Shown here: piece after piece, positions 35,839 to 45,302 of the stretch
Layout: each line of letters opens with the position of its first letter
How positions within the stretch are numbered: position 1 is the first letter of the stretch
Translations under genes and position numbers: made by a program
Notes under the pieces: model-generated
What the model was told of the DNA's origin: nothing
Database searches by the model: none
The model's input: only the letters and a program-made list of their open reading frames with translations
Source of the DNA: Anaerolineae bacterium
GTDB lineage: Bacteria; Chloroflexota; Anaerolineae; Aggregatilineales; Aggregatilineaceae
DNA length: 64,000 nt
NCBI GenBank assembly: GCA_018432315.1
Contig: JAHDLB010000022.1
Span: forward strand, 12,247-76,246
Direction: 5' to 3'

Positions 35839-37527
35839 ATGACGCAACTTGCAGATTATCTTCCTCAAGCGGCATCATGGTTCTCAAATACGTTGACTTA
35901 CAGTGGCAGAGGTCGTATTGAGTTCCTTAGCCCTAAAGGTTGGGTGGAGGGTGAATTTTCTTGCGAGGTTAGTCGCTTGGGAGAGATGACAGTTATCGTT
36001 AAGGTTCAAGTTTGGCACAATAGCGAAATGCCCAGTGATCCTACCTCGGTCGCCAGTCGAGATTGGCTCGTATCAGGTGTTCAATTGAATAGCGGTACCC
36101 CATGGCCAATGTACCCAGAGCCGACGCCAATTAAGAACACTATTGTTTCAATCGATGTCGAAGCCTCTGACGGTGGTAGATTAACATCAAAAGACATACC
36201 TCACTATGCATGGAACCCCATCGAAAACACCATGAAGCTGTATCTCGACCTAGCTACTTTTATTGCCAATAACCAATCGAAGACAAATGCAAAATACTGG
36301 GTGTTGCCTTGCATCAATGTCAACCTAAAACATCCTTTTGGGATTACACAAGCTCATAAATACACAGAATTGTGGCAGCATCCACTACGGGTTTTCCCAG
36401 TACCTGAGAGAACACGTGCCTTTTTGGAATCAGAGGCTCCAGAACAGGATAAAGCTTGGGTTTTCCACAACCTGACGGCACTAAGTTATGTTGTCGGTTT
36501 TTTGTTCGACGGTAAACCAGCATTTATTGAACGTCTCCCTGATTATGATCGAATCATCCAGGATTTAATGGATGGCCAGTCCCGCTTAGACGCAACCAGC
36601 CTAATGGTTGGTGTCTATTCGTCCGAAGTAGATGAGATGCGCCCCTTGGATTTATTACCGGTATTGGGCTTGGCTACTGGACGCCCCGTTGGAGCGTCCT
36701 GGATCGAATTCCGCAATGAAGACACTAACCTGGTTTACCGAATTCATGGAAATCTAGGACGTTTCACATATGGTCACGGTCGTCCTGTTGTGCATGATGT
36801 AATCCATCGGGGTGGACTTGGACAACTGCTAACTGAAGCTGCTAGGTCAACGATGTTATCTGAACCATTGATTCGTGGCGCATTGCGCAACACTGCCCAT
36901 GCGATTTCGGGAGGGGATGCTACCACGATTTTTTATTACACCTTCACAGCGTTCGATGGGCTTTTTACACGTTACAGTATCGAACAGAAGATACATCCAT
37001 TAACATCTTTCCTTTCTCAATCTCAAATAGACGATATCAAACGAATATTGGTACAAACCAAGACGGATATAGAGAGTTTGAAAACCAAAATCACAAACCC
37101 GAATTCCATCGCAGGCAGACAACAGTCTAGTGTTATCGACAAAGTAGCCAACAAGGCGCGTAGCCAACCCCTGGAAAAAAGGAGTCGGTTTGGTGACAAG
37201 TTAGTAGCGCTTATGATGCATTTTGGAATCTCAGATATGGAAGTGCCTGCTACTCATTATCCAGACATCGAAGTTTGGATTACACAGGTAAATGATTATC
37301 GGAATACAACCATGCATGCAACACACTATGAGAATGTTTTCGATCCTGGAGCCCGACAGAATTTTGAGTTCATCACCCCACACCTAATCGATATTCTCAT
37401 TCGCATTTTGTTGAAGACTGTCGGATATACAGGCAATTATGCTCCATATATGGAAACTCCCAACTCAAGCGAAAGCCTGGATTGGGTTACGCCAACGTCA
37501 TCAGCTAACTCGTTGGGCTACAAATAA
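35839..37527 (+). CDS. A/T-rich cargo gene: protein with a C-terminal HEPN-type Rx4H motif (ApeA/Abi-like candidate RNase)
   Basis: 562 aa. VNDYRNTTMHATHYE contains RNxxxH in a helical C-terminal region. Codon and base composition differ clearly from the flanking ICE genes. I do not recognise the N-terminal 400 aa. Confidence 0.5.
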   Translation: MTQLADYLPQAASWFSNTLTYSGRGRIEFLSPKGWVEGEFSCEVSRLGEMTVIVKVQVWHNSEMPSDPTSVASRDWLVSGVQLNSGTPWPMYPEPTPIKNTIVSIDVEASDGGRLTSKDIPHYAWNPIENTMKLYLDLATFIANNQSKTNAKYWVLPCINVNLKHPFGITQAHKYTELWQHPLRVFPVPERTRAFLESEAPEQDKAWVFHNLTALSYVVGFLFDGKPAFIERLPDYDRIIQDLMDGQSRLDATSLMVGVYSSEVDEMRPLDLLPVLGLATGRPVGASWIEFRNEDTNLVYRIHGNLGRFTYGHGRPVVHDVIHRGGLGQLLTEAARSTMLSEPLIRGALRNTAHAISGGDATTIFYYTFTAFDGLFTRYSIEQKIHPLTSFLSQSQIDDIKRILVQTKTDIESLKTKITNPNSIAGRQQSSVIDKVANKARSQPLEKRSRFGDKLVALMMHFGISDMEVPATHYPDIEVWITQVNDYRNTTMHATHYENVFDPGARQNFEFITPHLIDILIRILLKTVGYTGNYAPYMETPNSSESLDWVTPTSSANSLGYK

Positions 37528-37578
37528 GTTGAAGCCGCTTTCGACCATGTAAAAATTACTTGGATTAAGGGGAGGGCA

Positions 37579-37607
37579 GGTTGCCGAGAGAATCCCTCTC
37601 GGCAACC
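37579..37607. terminator. Hairpin between convergent genes (bidirectional terminator candidate)
   Basis: A 12-bp perfect stem GGTTGCCGAGAG / CTCTCGGCAACC with a 5-nt loop, followed by TTTGCG. Confidence 0.5.
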
Positions 37608-37616
37608 TTTGCGCAT

Positions 37617-39164
37617 TTACAGGTCAACGTCGAGATTTACAGCTTCTAACGCAGGGTTGGATGCTTCATTTAGCCTGGGCTGCCATGCCTCAGCCGGATG
37701 CATAACACGCCATTCGCCCGCCTTGAGCTGCTCCAGAGATTGCTCGTCCATCGTTTTCCACCGGCTGTCCATTTTCAGATCGTCCGCAACTGCTTTGGCG
37801 AACGCGGGACCGGGGATGTGGCTCAGTTCTTCCATGCCCGCCAGCGACATGAAATCATCTCGGAACTGGTTGGCCCTGTCCTCGGTCTGGAACTGCGCGA
37901 CTTCGAGCCACTGCGCACGCTGCGGCGCATCCGGCGAAACAGCCTCAGCGAGATCGGCAAAATCTACCACGCACACCGCCGAATAACCCAACGGCTCACC
38001 TTCGGGATCACGCGCGGGCACGATGTCCAACCGCCAGGTTGGAGCGATGTCCTTCGGCTCAAAATCCTCAAAGACAAAGTCCTGCGCCTGGAGATACGGC
38101 GTGTCAGGCTTGATGCTGATCGCGACCAGCGTGTCATCAGCCAGTGGGGGTGTGGCGGTGGGCAGACTCTCGTGGATGCGCTCGGTGTCATAGATGTTTT
38201 CCGTCACGACTCGCACATGGTCGCGGTAGGCTTGCCACTCCTTCGACGTGAGCGGTTCCCAGGCCGGTTCGTGGTCGCCATCGTAGTCGGGCGGGTAGTG
38301 CCCGTCGTTCTGTTCGAGCAGGTCGGTCAACGCGGCGTCTGATTCGGCCAGCGCGATACGTTCAAAGAGGGCCGGATTGTCGTTGAAACCCGCCGGTGAG
38401 AACGCCGATTCGCGGTCTTCAGCCACGCGACTGAGCAGCGTCTGCTGCTGGTAGGACAAAGCTCCATCAAGCGTGTCGAACTCGCCCATCGGCAGCCAGC
38501 GTGCTGCCCACCGGTTGTCTTCGTGGTTGGCATACACATCGACCACACCGACGCTGTAACCGTCATCCACACCCTGCGGCGTGGCCGACACCAGCGCAGC
38601 ATCGAAGTGATACCAGCCGGTTTCCGGCTTTGGCTCAGGTTCATTTGCACCCAACGCAGGCAGTTTTTCAGGGAAGGGCAAACCGTGATCACCTGCCGTA
38701 TTCCGTGCTAGTATCTGCGCCGCCGAGAGGTCGCCGTTTTCCAGATGCAGGTGCAGCGCAGGCAGCGGCCAGGGCGAGCGGTCAGGATCAGCCACCGGCA
38801 TGACTGGCAACGAGTCGTGCAGGATGATGTCCTCCTCGGTTTTGTGGGCGCGGAAGTAGCGCAGCTCATGTGAGACGTCCTCTGGCAGCGGGCTGTCCGA
38901 CGGGCGATCAATCACCGAAAAGAAGTGAACCGTATCCGCCGCGTCGCGGTGATGCGGGACATAACGTCCCTGAACATCAAAGGGTGTCATGTCGTCGCCG
39001 AACGTAACCGGCAGCACTAGCACGGCAGGCCGGGGTGTGGGCGGCTGGTCCCAGACGCTGCGGTCCGGCCAGTCGGGATGGTCTTCCCATTCCGGCGGCG
39101 TGTTCCCAGTTTCAAATGCGGGTAATGGATTTACCGTCAATTCGACTCCTTCCATGCCAAACAA
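37617..39164 (-). CDS. Acidic hypothetical protein with two copies of a module shared with the next two genes
   Basis: 515 aa and Asp/Glu/Pro-rich. The modules are DDGYSVGVVDVYANHEDNRWAARWLPMGEF and PLGYSAVCVVDFADLAEAV...WLEVAQFQTEDRANQF. The plus-strand ORFs over this span are Arg/Ala/Pro-rich artefacts. Confidence 0.6.
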   Translation of the reverse strand: MFGMEGVELTVNPLPAFETGNTPPEWEDHPDWPDRSVWDQPPTPRPAVLVLPVTFGDDMTPFDVQGRYVPHHRDAADTVHFFSVIDRPSDSPLPEDVSHELRYFRAHKTEEDIILHDSLPVMPVADPDRSPWPLPALHLHLENGDLSAAQILARNTAGDHGLPFPEKLPALGANEPEPKPETGWYHFDAALVSATPQGVDDGYSVGVVDVYANHEDNRWAARWLPMGEFDTLDGALSYQQQTLLSRVAEDRESAFSPAGFNDNPALFERIALAESDAALTDLLEQNDGHYPPDYDGDHEPAWEPLTSKEWQAYRDHVRVVTENIYDTERIHESLPTATPPLADDTLVAISIKPDTPYLQAQDFVFEDFEPKDIAPTWRLDIVPARDPEGEPLGYSAVCVVDFADLAEAVSPDAPQRAQWLEVAQFQTEDRANQFRDDFMSLAGMEELSHIPGPAFAKAVADDLKMDSRWKTMDEQSLEQLKAGEWRVMHPAEAWQPRLNEASNPALEAVNLDVDL

Positions 39165-39751
39165 GGGAGTATGGGGGCCAGGGTATGCGACCGCACCGCT
39201 TCGGCGGTAGCTGCCTTCAGGAACACGTCCGTATCACCTTCCGCCTGGACTTCGAACAGGCGCTGCTCAATTCCCGCCATCTCCGCGACCGGACCGCGCG
39301 CGACCGGCGCGATATCCAGCCGGTCACCATCGAAACGCAGCACATTCAGCGTGGCGAAAGCCACATCCGGGGCAGGTGGATACAACCCAATGAGATAGAG
39401 CGGTTCGTCAGTCTCGTAGGGCATCGCCGTGACCAGATTCATTTCGACATCCAGCCCTTCGCGCCCCTGATCCAACAGCGTTTGCTCGACTTCGCGGACG
39501 TGTTCCTCCGCCGCCATCTGCGAACGATATTCGGCCAGTGTCAGGCGCTGCTGGCGTTCGTCACCCTGCGCGTCGTGTGTGGTGCGCACCAGGTCCACGC
39601 CATACGGCTCGTCGCTCAAGAGGCGTTTGGGCAGATCAAGTTCAACGCTGTAAGCAGCGTCCGTGGTGCGGTACACCAAACCCTCGCCCTCATCGAGCGC
39701 GACGTCGCCGTTCGGGAATTCCTTGCGAGTGATAGTTTGTTCGCCGGTCAT
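39137..39751 (-). CDS. Acidic hypothetical protein
   Basis: 204 aa. It contains PLYLIGLYPPAPDVAFATLNVLRFDGDRL, which is related to the module in the neighbouring genes. Confidence 0.55.
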   Translation of the reverse strand: MTGEQTITRKEFPNGDVALDEGEGLVYRTTDAAYSVELDLPKRLLSDEPYGVDLVRTTHDAQGDERQQRLTLAEYRSQMAAEEHVREVEQTLLDQGREGLDVEMNLVTAMPYETDEPLYLIGLYPPAPDVAFATLNVLRFDGDRLDIAPVARGPVAEMAGIEQRLFEVQAEGDTDVFLKAATAEAVRSHTLAPILPCLAWKESN

Positions 39752-39981
39752 TCCACTCGCTCCACCGGGCGCAGTTTCAGATGGAAAGTGCGCCCATTTG
39801 CCGCAAACTGGCCGCTGCCGTTGTTACCCAGGTCGATCTTGGACTGCCGGATCATCCGCCGCAGGACTGCCCCGCGATCACAGCCCAACTGCTCAGCCAG
39901 TTCGGCCAGAGCAGTCTTGTCCTCATGGGAAAGCCGGAAGGTGAAAGAGGTATTCAGATCGCTCATAGGTCCAGCTCCCAC
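39748..39981 (-). CDS. Ribbon-helix-helix (CopG/Arc-like) protein
   Basis: 77 aa. FTFRLSHEDKTALAELAEQLGCDRGAVLRRMIRQ is an RHH pattern. Confidence 0.6.
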   Translation of the reverse strand: MGAGPMSDLNTSFTFRLSHEDKTALAELAEQLGCDRGAVLRRMIRQSKIDLGNNGSGQFAANGRTFHLKLRPVERVE

Positions 39982-41072
39982 TGCTGCGCGGCATATTCGC
40001 CGATGTCCTGGGCGGAATCCGGTTCAAGTTCAACGCCGCGCTCGTGCTGCCACTCACCGCGCTGATTGCCCGCAATCGCCATACCTTCAGCTGCTTCGAA
40101 GACACGCTCGATGTCGTCACTGCGATCAGCCACACCGATCAGGTGCTCGCTGGCTTGGTACGCTTTGTCCCAGTCGCCGACCACACACGGCGCAAGCTGC
40201 GCTTCATACGCGCCGGAGTCGGGATCGCGTGTCAGCGACAGGATGCTGGCGACACAGACGTCCCGGTCATCGGGATCGGGCTGGTAGACGCCGATCCAGT
40301 AGGCGGTGTTGGTCGCCTGGTCATAGAACGGCGGCGGATCACGGTCAGGATCAAAACCATCGGCAGACAGCCCTATATCCTCCAGCGCCTGCGCCGCCGG
40401 GTAGTGTTCCGGTTCCTCGATTTCAACTGCGACGCCGCCCAACTCGTAAGCCGTGCGCAGCAAGTCGTCATGGGCATATTCCGGCGGAACGTCCGGTTCG
40501 GGGTTTTGTACCAGACCAAACTCACGCTCGAACAGGGTGTACTCATCCGGCGTCAGCGCGCGCCATGCGGGAGGTTCCTCACCCTCACGCCCGGCGATCT
40601 TGGCCGCCGCGCGTTCGGCCAGGTCGGGTACGTCGTGTGCGCCCATCCCCTGGTCATAGGCGTAGTTGTTGAGGCGGTTGAACAGGTCTTCGGCCTGGTC
40701 GAGTTCATCCGGACCAAACGCCTGCACGCGCAGGAACGTGCCGCCCAGATCGCCCGACACCGTGTCGGCGTAGAGGTCCACACAGCCAACCTCATAACCG
40801 GTCAGGTCGCCACCGGCATCAACCTGTTCCAGCCCGACGAAACGCGCGTCCAGCCAGGACCAGTTGTCAGGTGGGTCCGGCGGGGGCGGCTCAAAACCGG
40901 GCAGCGACTGCTGATCCGGCGAGACCACAAACGGCTCCGGTTCATAGTCGTAGGACTCTGGCGGGGCTTCGTCCATGAAGCGCAAGTCATCCGGCGGCGG
41001 CTCGTAGTCATACTCGTAATCCAGCGGTGGTTCTGCCGGAACACCTTCCGGGGGAAAGTCGGCGTAAGTCAT
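39963..41072 (-). CDS. Highly acidic, Pro-rich hypothetical protein with two copies of the shared module
   Basis: 369 aa. The modules are LTGYEVGCVDLYADTVSGDLGGTFLRVQAFGPDELDQAEDLF and NTAYWIGVYQPDPDDRDVCVASILSL. Confidence 0.6.
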   Translation of the reverse strand: MTYADFPPEGVPAEPPLDYEYDYEPPPDDLRFMDEAPPESYDYEPEPFVVSPDQQSLPGFEPPPPDPPDNWSWLDARFVGLEQVDAGGDLTGYEVGCVDLYADTVSGDLGGTFLRVQAFGPDELDQAEDLFNRLNNYAYDQGMGAHDVPDLAERAAAKIAGREGEEPPAWRALTPDEYTLFEREFGLVQNPEPDVPPEYAHDDLLRTAYELGGVAVEIEEPEHYPAAQALEDIGLSADGFDPDRDPPPFYDQATNTAYWIGVYQPDPDDRDVCVASILSLTRDPDSGAYEAQLAPCVVGDWDKAYQASEHLIGVADRSDDIERVFEAAEGMAIAGNQRGEWQHERGVELEPDSAQDIGEYAAQQWELDL

Positions 41073-41087
41073 AGCTTACACTCCTCC

Positions 41088-42962
41088 CTAGCTCGTCGCG
41101 CCGCGCAGCGTGACCGGCTTGTGTTCCAAACCGCGCGTGTAGCCGCAGTCGGGGTAGTTCATGCAGCCGATGAATGAGCCGTGCTTGCCTTTGCGCTCGA
41201 CCAGGTCGCCGCCACAGGCCGGGCAGGTTTCATCGATGGGTGTGGGCGACTGGCGGCGAGTTTTGGTTTGCTGCTGGGCCGCCTGACCGGCAGCGCCTAA
41301 CTGCGGCGTGAAGTCGGCCCAGAAAGCTTTCAACACAGCCAGGCGGGTTGCTTCGCCGCGCGCGACTGCATCCAATGCTTCTTCAAGGTGCGCGGTATAG
41401 GGTACGGCGAACAGGTCCGGGAAGTGCTCGACCAGGAAATCACACAGAAGCGTGCCGGTGTCGGTTGGCACCAGGCGCTTCTTCTGGAGTTTGGCGTATT
41501 CGCGCTGCTTCAGGGTCTGGACCATGCTGGCGTAGGTCGATGGGCGACCGATACCGCGTCGCTCCAACTCGCGCACGAGCGACGCTTCGGTGAAACGCGG
41601 CGGCGCTTTGGTCTGGCGTTCGATGGGCAACCATTCGACCAGGTGCAGGGCAGTGCTTTCTTGCAGGAAGGGTAGTTGACTGTCCTGCTCGGCTTCCGCA
41701 TCCGGATCGGGCGGCTCCTGATAGACCTTGAGGAACCCATCGAAGATCAGGCTGCGGCCTTTGGCCTGGAACGTCAGCGGGTAGGCGTGTCCCTGTGTTT
41801 TGCCCGCCAGGATTTCAACCGCCTGCACCGCGTAACGTGCCTCAGCCATCTGCGACGCGACAAAGCGCTGCCAGATAAGCGCATACAGCGCCGCGCCATC
41901 ACCTTCAACCTGGACTGGCAGTTGCGCCACGTCGGTAGGCCGGATCGCCTCGTGCGCTTCCTGGGCGTGTTTGGCTTTGGCCTGGTAGCTTTGCGGTTGA
42001 TTAGGCACATAATCACCGCCATAGGTACGGGCGATGTGCTGCAAGGCCGCGCGCTGCGCTTCCGGCGCGACGTCCACGCCATCCGTGCGGTGGTAGGTAA
42101 TCTGTCCCGCTTCATACAGTCGCTGGGCGATCTGCATCGTGCGTTCCGGCGACAACCCTAATGCCTGACTCGCCGCCTGCTGCAAGGTGCTGGTGGTGAA
42201 GGGCGGGTGAGGATTACGGCGCTGCTCGCCGTGTTTGACGCTGCCTACCCAGAACGCGGCGTCGGTCAAACCTTTGGTCAGCGACTGTACCTGTTCATGG
42301 TTGAGCCGTTCGGCGGACTGCTGCTTGACGGTGTTCAACCGGGCAGTGAGCTCACCGGTATCGGCTTTCAGCAACGCATCCAGTGTCCAGTAGATTTCGG
42401 GCGTGAAGGCGGTGATCTGGCGCTCACGCTCCACGACCAGGCGCAGGCAGGCGCTTTGCACCCGTCCGGCGGAATAACGCCCATCCAATGCCTGACAGAC
42501 CACCGGCGACACGAGATAACCGACGAGGCGATCTACGATACGGCGTGCCTGCTGCGCTTCGACCAGGTTCACGTCGAGCGGGCGGGGGGATGCAACAGCC
42601 GCTCTCACGGCGTCTTCGGTGATGGCGGTGAAGGTCACACGAAACACCGGTTTATCCGGCGGCAGGTCGGCCAGTTGCAGCACATGCCACGCAATCGCTT
42701 CGCCCTCGCGATCCATATCCGTAGCGACATAAACCGCTTCTGCTTCCGAGATCGCTTTCAGCAGCCGCCGGACGATGTTCACCTGGCGCGGCAGCACCTC
42801 GTACAATGGGCGGAAATCAGCTTCGACTTCAATGCCCAACGTGTTTTCAGGCAGATCGCGGACATGGCCGTGTGTGGCTTCCACCTGCCAGCCTGCGCCG
42901 AGCATTTTGGCGATGCGAGCGCTTTTGGCGGTGCTCTCGACAATCAACAGCTTGTTAGCCAT
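41088..42962 (-). CDS. Type IA DNA topoisomerase (TopA/TopB-like) with a C-terminal zinc ribbon
   Basis: 624 aa with Toprim LLIVESTAKSARIAK and DMDREGEAIAWH, the catalytic Tyr region GQITYHRTDG, and C-terminal CPACGG...CMNYPDC. Confidence 0.85.
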   Translation of the reverse strand: MANKLLIVESTAKSARIAKMLGAGWQVEATHGHVRDLPENTLGIEVEADFRPLYEVLPRQVNIVRRLLKAISEAEAVYVATDMDREGEAIAWHVLQLADLPPDKPVFRVTFTAITEDAVRAAVASPRPLDVNLVEAQQARRIVDRLVGYLVSPVVCQALDGRYSAGRVQSACLRLVVERERQITAFTPEIYWTLDALLKADTGELTARLNTVKQQSAERLNHEQVQSLTKGLTDAAFWVGSVKHGEQRRNPHPPFTTSTLQQAASQALGLSPERTMQIAQRLYEAGQITYHRTDGVDVAPEAQRAALQHIARTYGGDYVPNQPQSYQAKAKHAQEAHEAIRPTDVAQLPVQVEGDGAALYALIWQRFVASQMAEARYAVQAVEILAGKTQGHAYPLTFQAKGRSLIFDGFLKVYQEPPDPDAEAEQDSQLPFLQESTALHLVEWLPIERQTKAPPRFTEASLVRELERRGIGRPSTYASMVQTLKQREYAKLQKKRLVPTDTGTLLCDFLVEHFPDLFAVPYTAHLEEALDAVARGEATRLAVLKAFWADFTPQLGAAGQAAQQQTKTRRQSPTPIDETCPACGGDLVERKGKHGSFIGCMNYPDCGYTRGLEHKPVTLRGATS

Positions 42963-42967
42963 CGGGT

Positions 42968-43162
42968 TCAGTTCTCCGAATCGGATTGAGCAGAACCACG
43001 AGCGCTTTCAACTGCTCGCGGGTTCGCTTGCGGTCGATTTGCGGCCAGGTAGCTGGCGAGTTCCTTTTCGCGAAGAACCAGCCATACGGGCCATTCCAGG
43101 AAAGCATGATACGCTTCCTCCTCCATGACCTTGAAGGGGCTGGTGCTGGACTGTTTGACCAT
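42968..43162 (-). CDS. Small hypothetical protein
   Basis: This is an internal ATG of ORF 42968..43261, located 10 nt after the VirB4-like stop. 64 aa. Confidence 0.3.
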   Translation of the reverse strand: MVKQSSTSPFKVMEEEAYHAFLEWPVWLVLREKELASYLAANRPQANPRAVESARGSAQSDSEN

Positions 43163-43172
43163 GTGTTTTCCC

Positions 43173-45302
43173 TCATGTCGTCCCAAAACGAGCAAACTCT
43201 GAGATAGGCGGGCGAGCGTTACTAAGCCAGAAAATTCCCTCATCCTGGATGTCCAGAACAAACTGGAAGCGCGGCAGCGAAGCGATGATGTCCCGGTGAT
43301 GCTGGTTCAGGTGCTGAAACGCCGCATCTTCACGGAAGACGTTCATGCCCTGCCGCTGCGAGAAAATGACGCGGATCGGGCAGTTCTCGAACACCAACCG
43401 CGCCTTGTTTTCCAGAAAAACGCTCATCTGTTGATCGATCACCAGGAGCTTTTTTCGTTTGGTGCGGAAGGTCTTGGCCGCCTCGATCAGGAAGTCCAAA
43501 AGCGACGGGTGGCGCATCAGACGGTAGACCTCATCGACTGCAATGATGCGCGGCTGCTCGTCGTACAGGCTGTCGCGGCGGATAGCCGACAGCACCTGCG
43601 CGTAGGCCAGCGCAGTCATGACCGGGTCGCCTTCGAGTTCGTGGAATGAGAAGACACGCGGGCCAATACTCTCGCGGCTGCCACGCCCGAAATCGACGGT
43701 GGTGTGACCGTTGAGAAATCTGGCCCAGGGACCGGAGCCGGTACACAGCCCGGCGATTTCGTCGGCCAGGTCGTGCGCGATCTGCTGGATGTGCGGCTTG
43801 TCACCCAATCCTGCCAACACATCACATACCGTCTCGCAGGTAGGGGTAATGTCAGGCGAGATGGCTTCCAGGTCACCGAAGCCCGCGTACAGGATTTCGA
43901 GCGCTTCGCCAAGCAGACCACGCTCCAGGTTTTCACGCTGGCCGCCGGAAAGCTGACGACCAAGCACGGTTTCATAGATGCGGATGGTGTGCGACTTCTG
44001 CTCGATGAGCGTCGGAAACATCACATCCTGAGGGTTGAGACAGGTGTGTTGGGCGCTGAGCACGTACCAGGGCAGGTTGAAGGCTTCGACGATGTGGCGG
44101 CCATGTCCCATCGGTTCCAGGAAGTCAAACGGGATGCCCGCTTCGGCGTACTCACGGGAAAGATAGCCGTTGAGTAAGAATGTTTTCCCGTAACCGGTTT
44201 GGCCCACCCACACTTCGTGAGTGGCGCGTTTGTCGCGCCAGGAGTTGTGGAAGACCGGATAGGACGCGCCGACCGCTTCGCCGCGCAAGACGCCATCGGT
44301 GGTCGAGAGCTTGCGGTAACCGAGCGGCGCGAGCATGAGCGCCAGTTCGCGCGACGTAACCGGCCAGGTGGTGGGTGGGACACTGATCAGCTTACTCGGC
44401 GCATGGGAAAAGAACTGCACCGACCGCGACAGCAGTTCGCCTACTTCCTGTCGCAGCAGGAACCAGGGACGGGTTTCGTTGATCACCTCATGCGCGCGGC
44501 GCTTGAGGGTGCTCAAATCTGGCGCGAACACGGCGATGCTGATCTGGACCTGATGCAGCGCGTCCCCAGCGTTGATTTCCTGCAAGGTGCGGCGGCAGTC
44601 GTTGATACGTGTGACCGAGCGGCTGTCCTCACCGGTTACACTGGCAAGATGCACCTGGTAGGCGGCAATGATGTTTTCGACCGCATCGACCGCCGCGTTG
44701 CGCTCGAAGGTTTTGGGGATGTCCACGACAAGCGCAAGCGGGATATTCAGGCGCAAGACGGATGCCAACGGGCGGAAGAAGTTCCACGCCGCAGGCAGGA
44801 ACTCGTAGCTGGTCAGGATCGCGACCAGGGGACGACCACCCGGACGCCCGACCGGAGCCAGGTGCCAAAGGGATGATTCACGCAGGTCATACCGTCCCTC
44901 GAAGAGCGGCGGCAGCGGCGCTTCGAAAGCGGGCGTGTCAAAGGCGGAACCCATGCCACCTGCCAGGGCACGTGGGGTTTCGTCCGACCACAACGCCATA
45001 CCGCACAATGTGCGCTGGTAGTCGGCTTCGGCTTCCAGCAGTTCGTAGTGGCGGCGGTACTCCATCAGCAGGGCGGCGCGGCGCTCGTCACCGGTTTCAC
45101 GGGCGGCGCGGCTGACCTGGGCGATTTTCCCGTCCAGGCTGGCGGGCGTCTGCCAGCAGAAAAACCGTGCCGGACCGGGCAATGTGCGCAGCCAGGTGGC
45201 AAAGCGCGCCTGCAATGCCTGCACACCCTCTTCGGTGGCGTGCAGCATGATGTCGAAGGGTTCGATCAGGAATGTGCGCACCGGAATGTCTTTGTCAGCC
45301 AT
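43173..45302 (-). CDS. VirB4/TrbE/TraC-like conjugative ATPase
   Basis: 709 aa with Walker A VWVGQTGYGKTF and Walker B RIIAVDEVYRL. It is adjacent to small membrane proteins. Confidence 0.7.
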   Translation of the reverse strand: MADKDIPVRTFLIEPFDIMLHATEEGVQALQARFATWLRTLPGPARFFCWQTPASLDGKIAQVSRAARETGDERRAALLMEYRRHYELLEAEADYQRTLCGMALWSDETPRALAGGMGSAFDTPAFEAPLPPLFEGRYDLRESSLWHLAPVGRPGGRPLVAILTSYEFLPAAWNFFRPLASVLRLNIPLALVVDIPKTFERNAAVDAVENIIAAYQVHLASVTGEDSRSVTRINDCRRTLQEINAGDALHQVQISIAVFAPDLSTLKRRAHEVINETRPWFLLRQEVGELLSRSVQFFSHAPSKLISVPPTTWPVTSRELALMLAPLGYRKLSTTDGVLRGEAVGASYPVFHNSWRDKRATHEVWVGQTGYGKTFLLNGYLSREYAEAGIPFDFLEPMGHGRHIVEAFNLPWYVLSAQHTCLNPQDVMFPTLIEQKSHTIRIYETVLGRQLSGGQRENLERGLLGEALEILYAGFGDLEAISPDITPTCETVCDVLAGLGDKPHIQQIAHDLADEIAGLCTGSGPWARFLNGHTTVDFGRGSRESIGPRVFSFHELEGDPVMTALAYAQVLSAIRRDSLYDEQPRIIAVDEVYRLMRHPSLLDFLIEAAKTFRTKRKKLLVIDQQMSVFLENKARLVFENCPIRVIFSQRQGMNVFREDAAFQHLNQHHRDIIASLPRFQFVLDIQDEGIFWLSNARPPISEFARFGTT

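Noticed and set aside
39035-41177. 545-aa and 377-aa plus-strand ORFs across the acidic-protein genes
   Set aside because: The translations are Arg/Pro/Ala/Ser-rich strings such as RRRARAATHRADCP. The minus-strand frames give coherent acidic proteins with internal repeats and operon-style start/stop overlaps.
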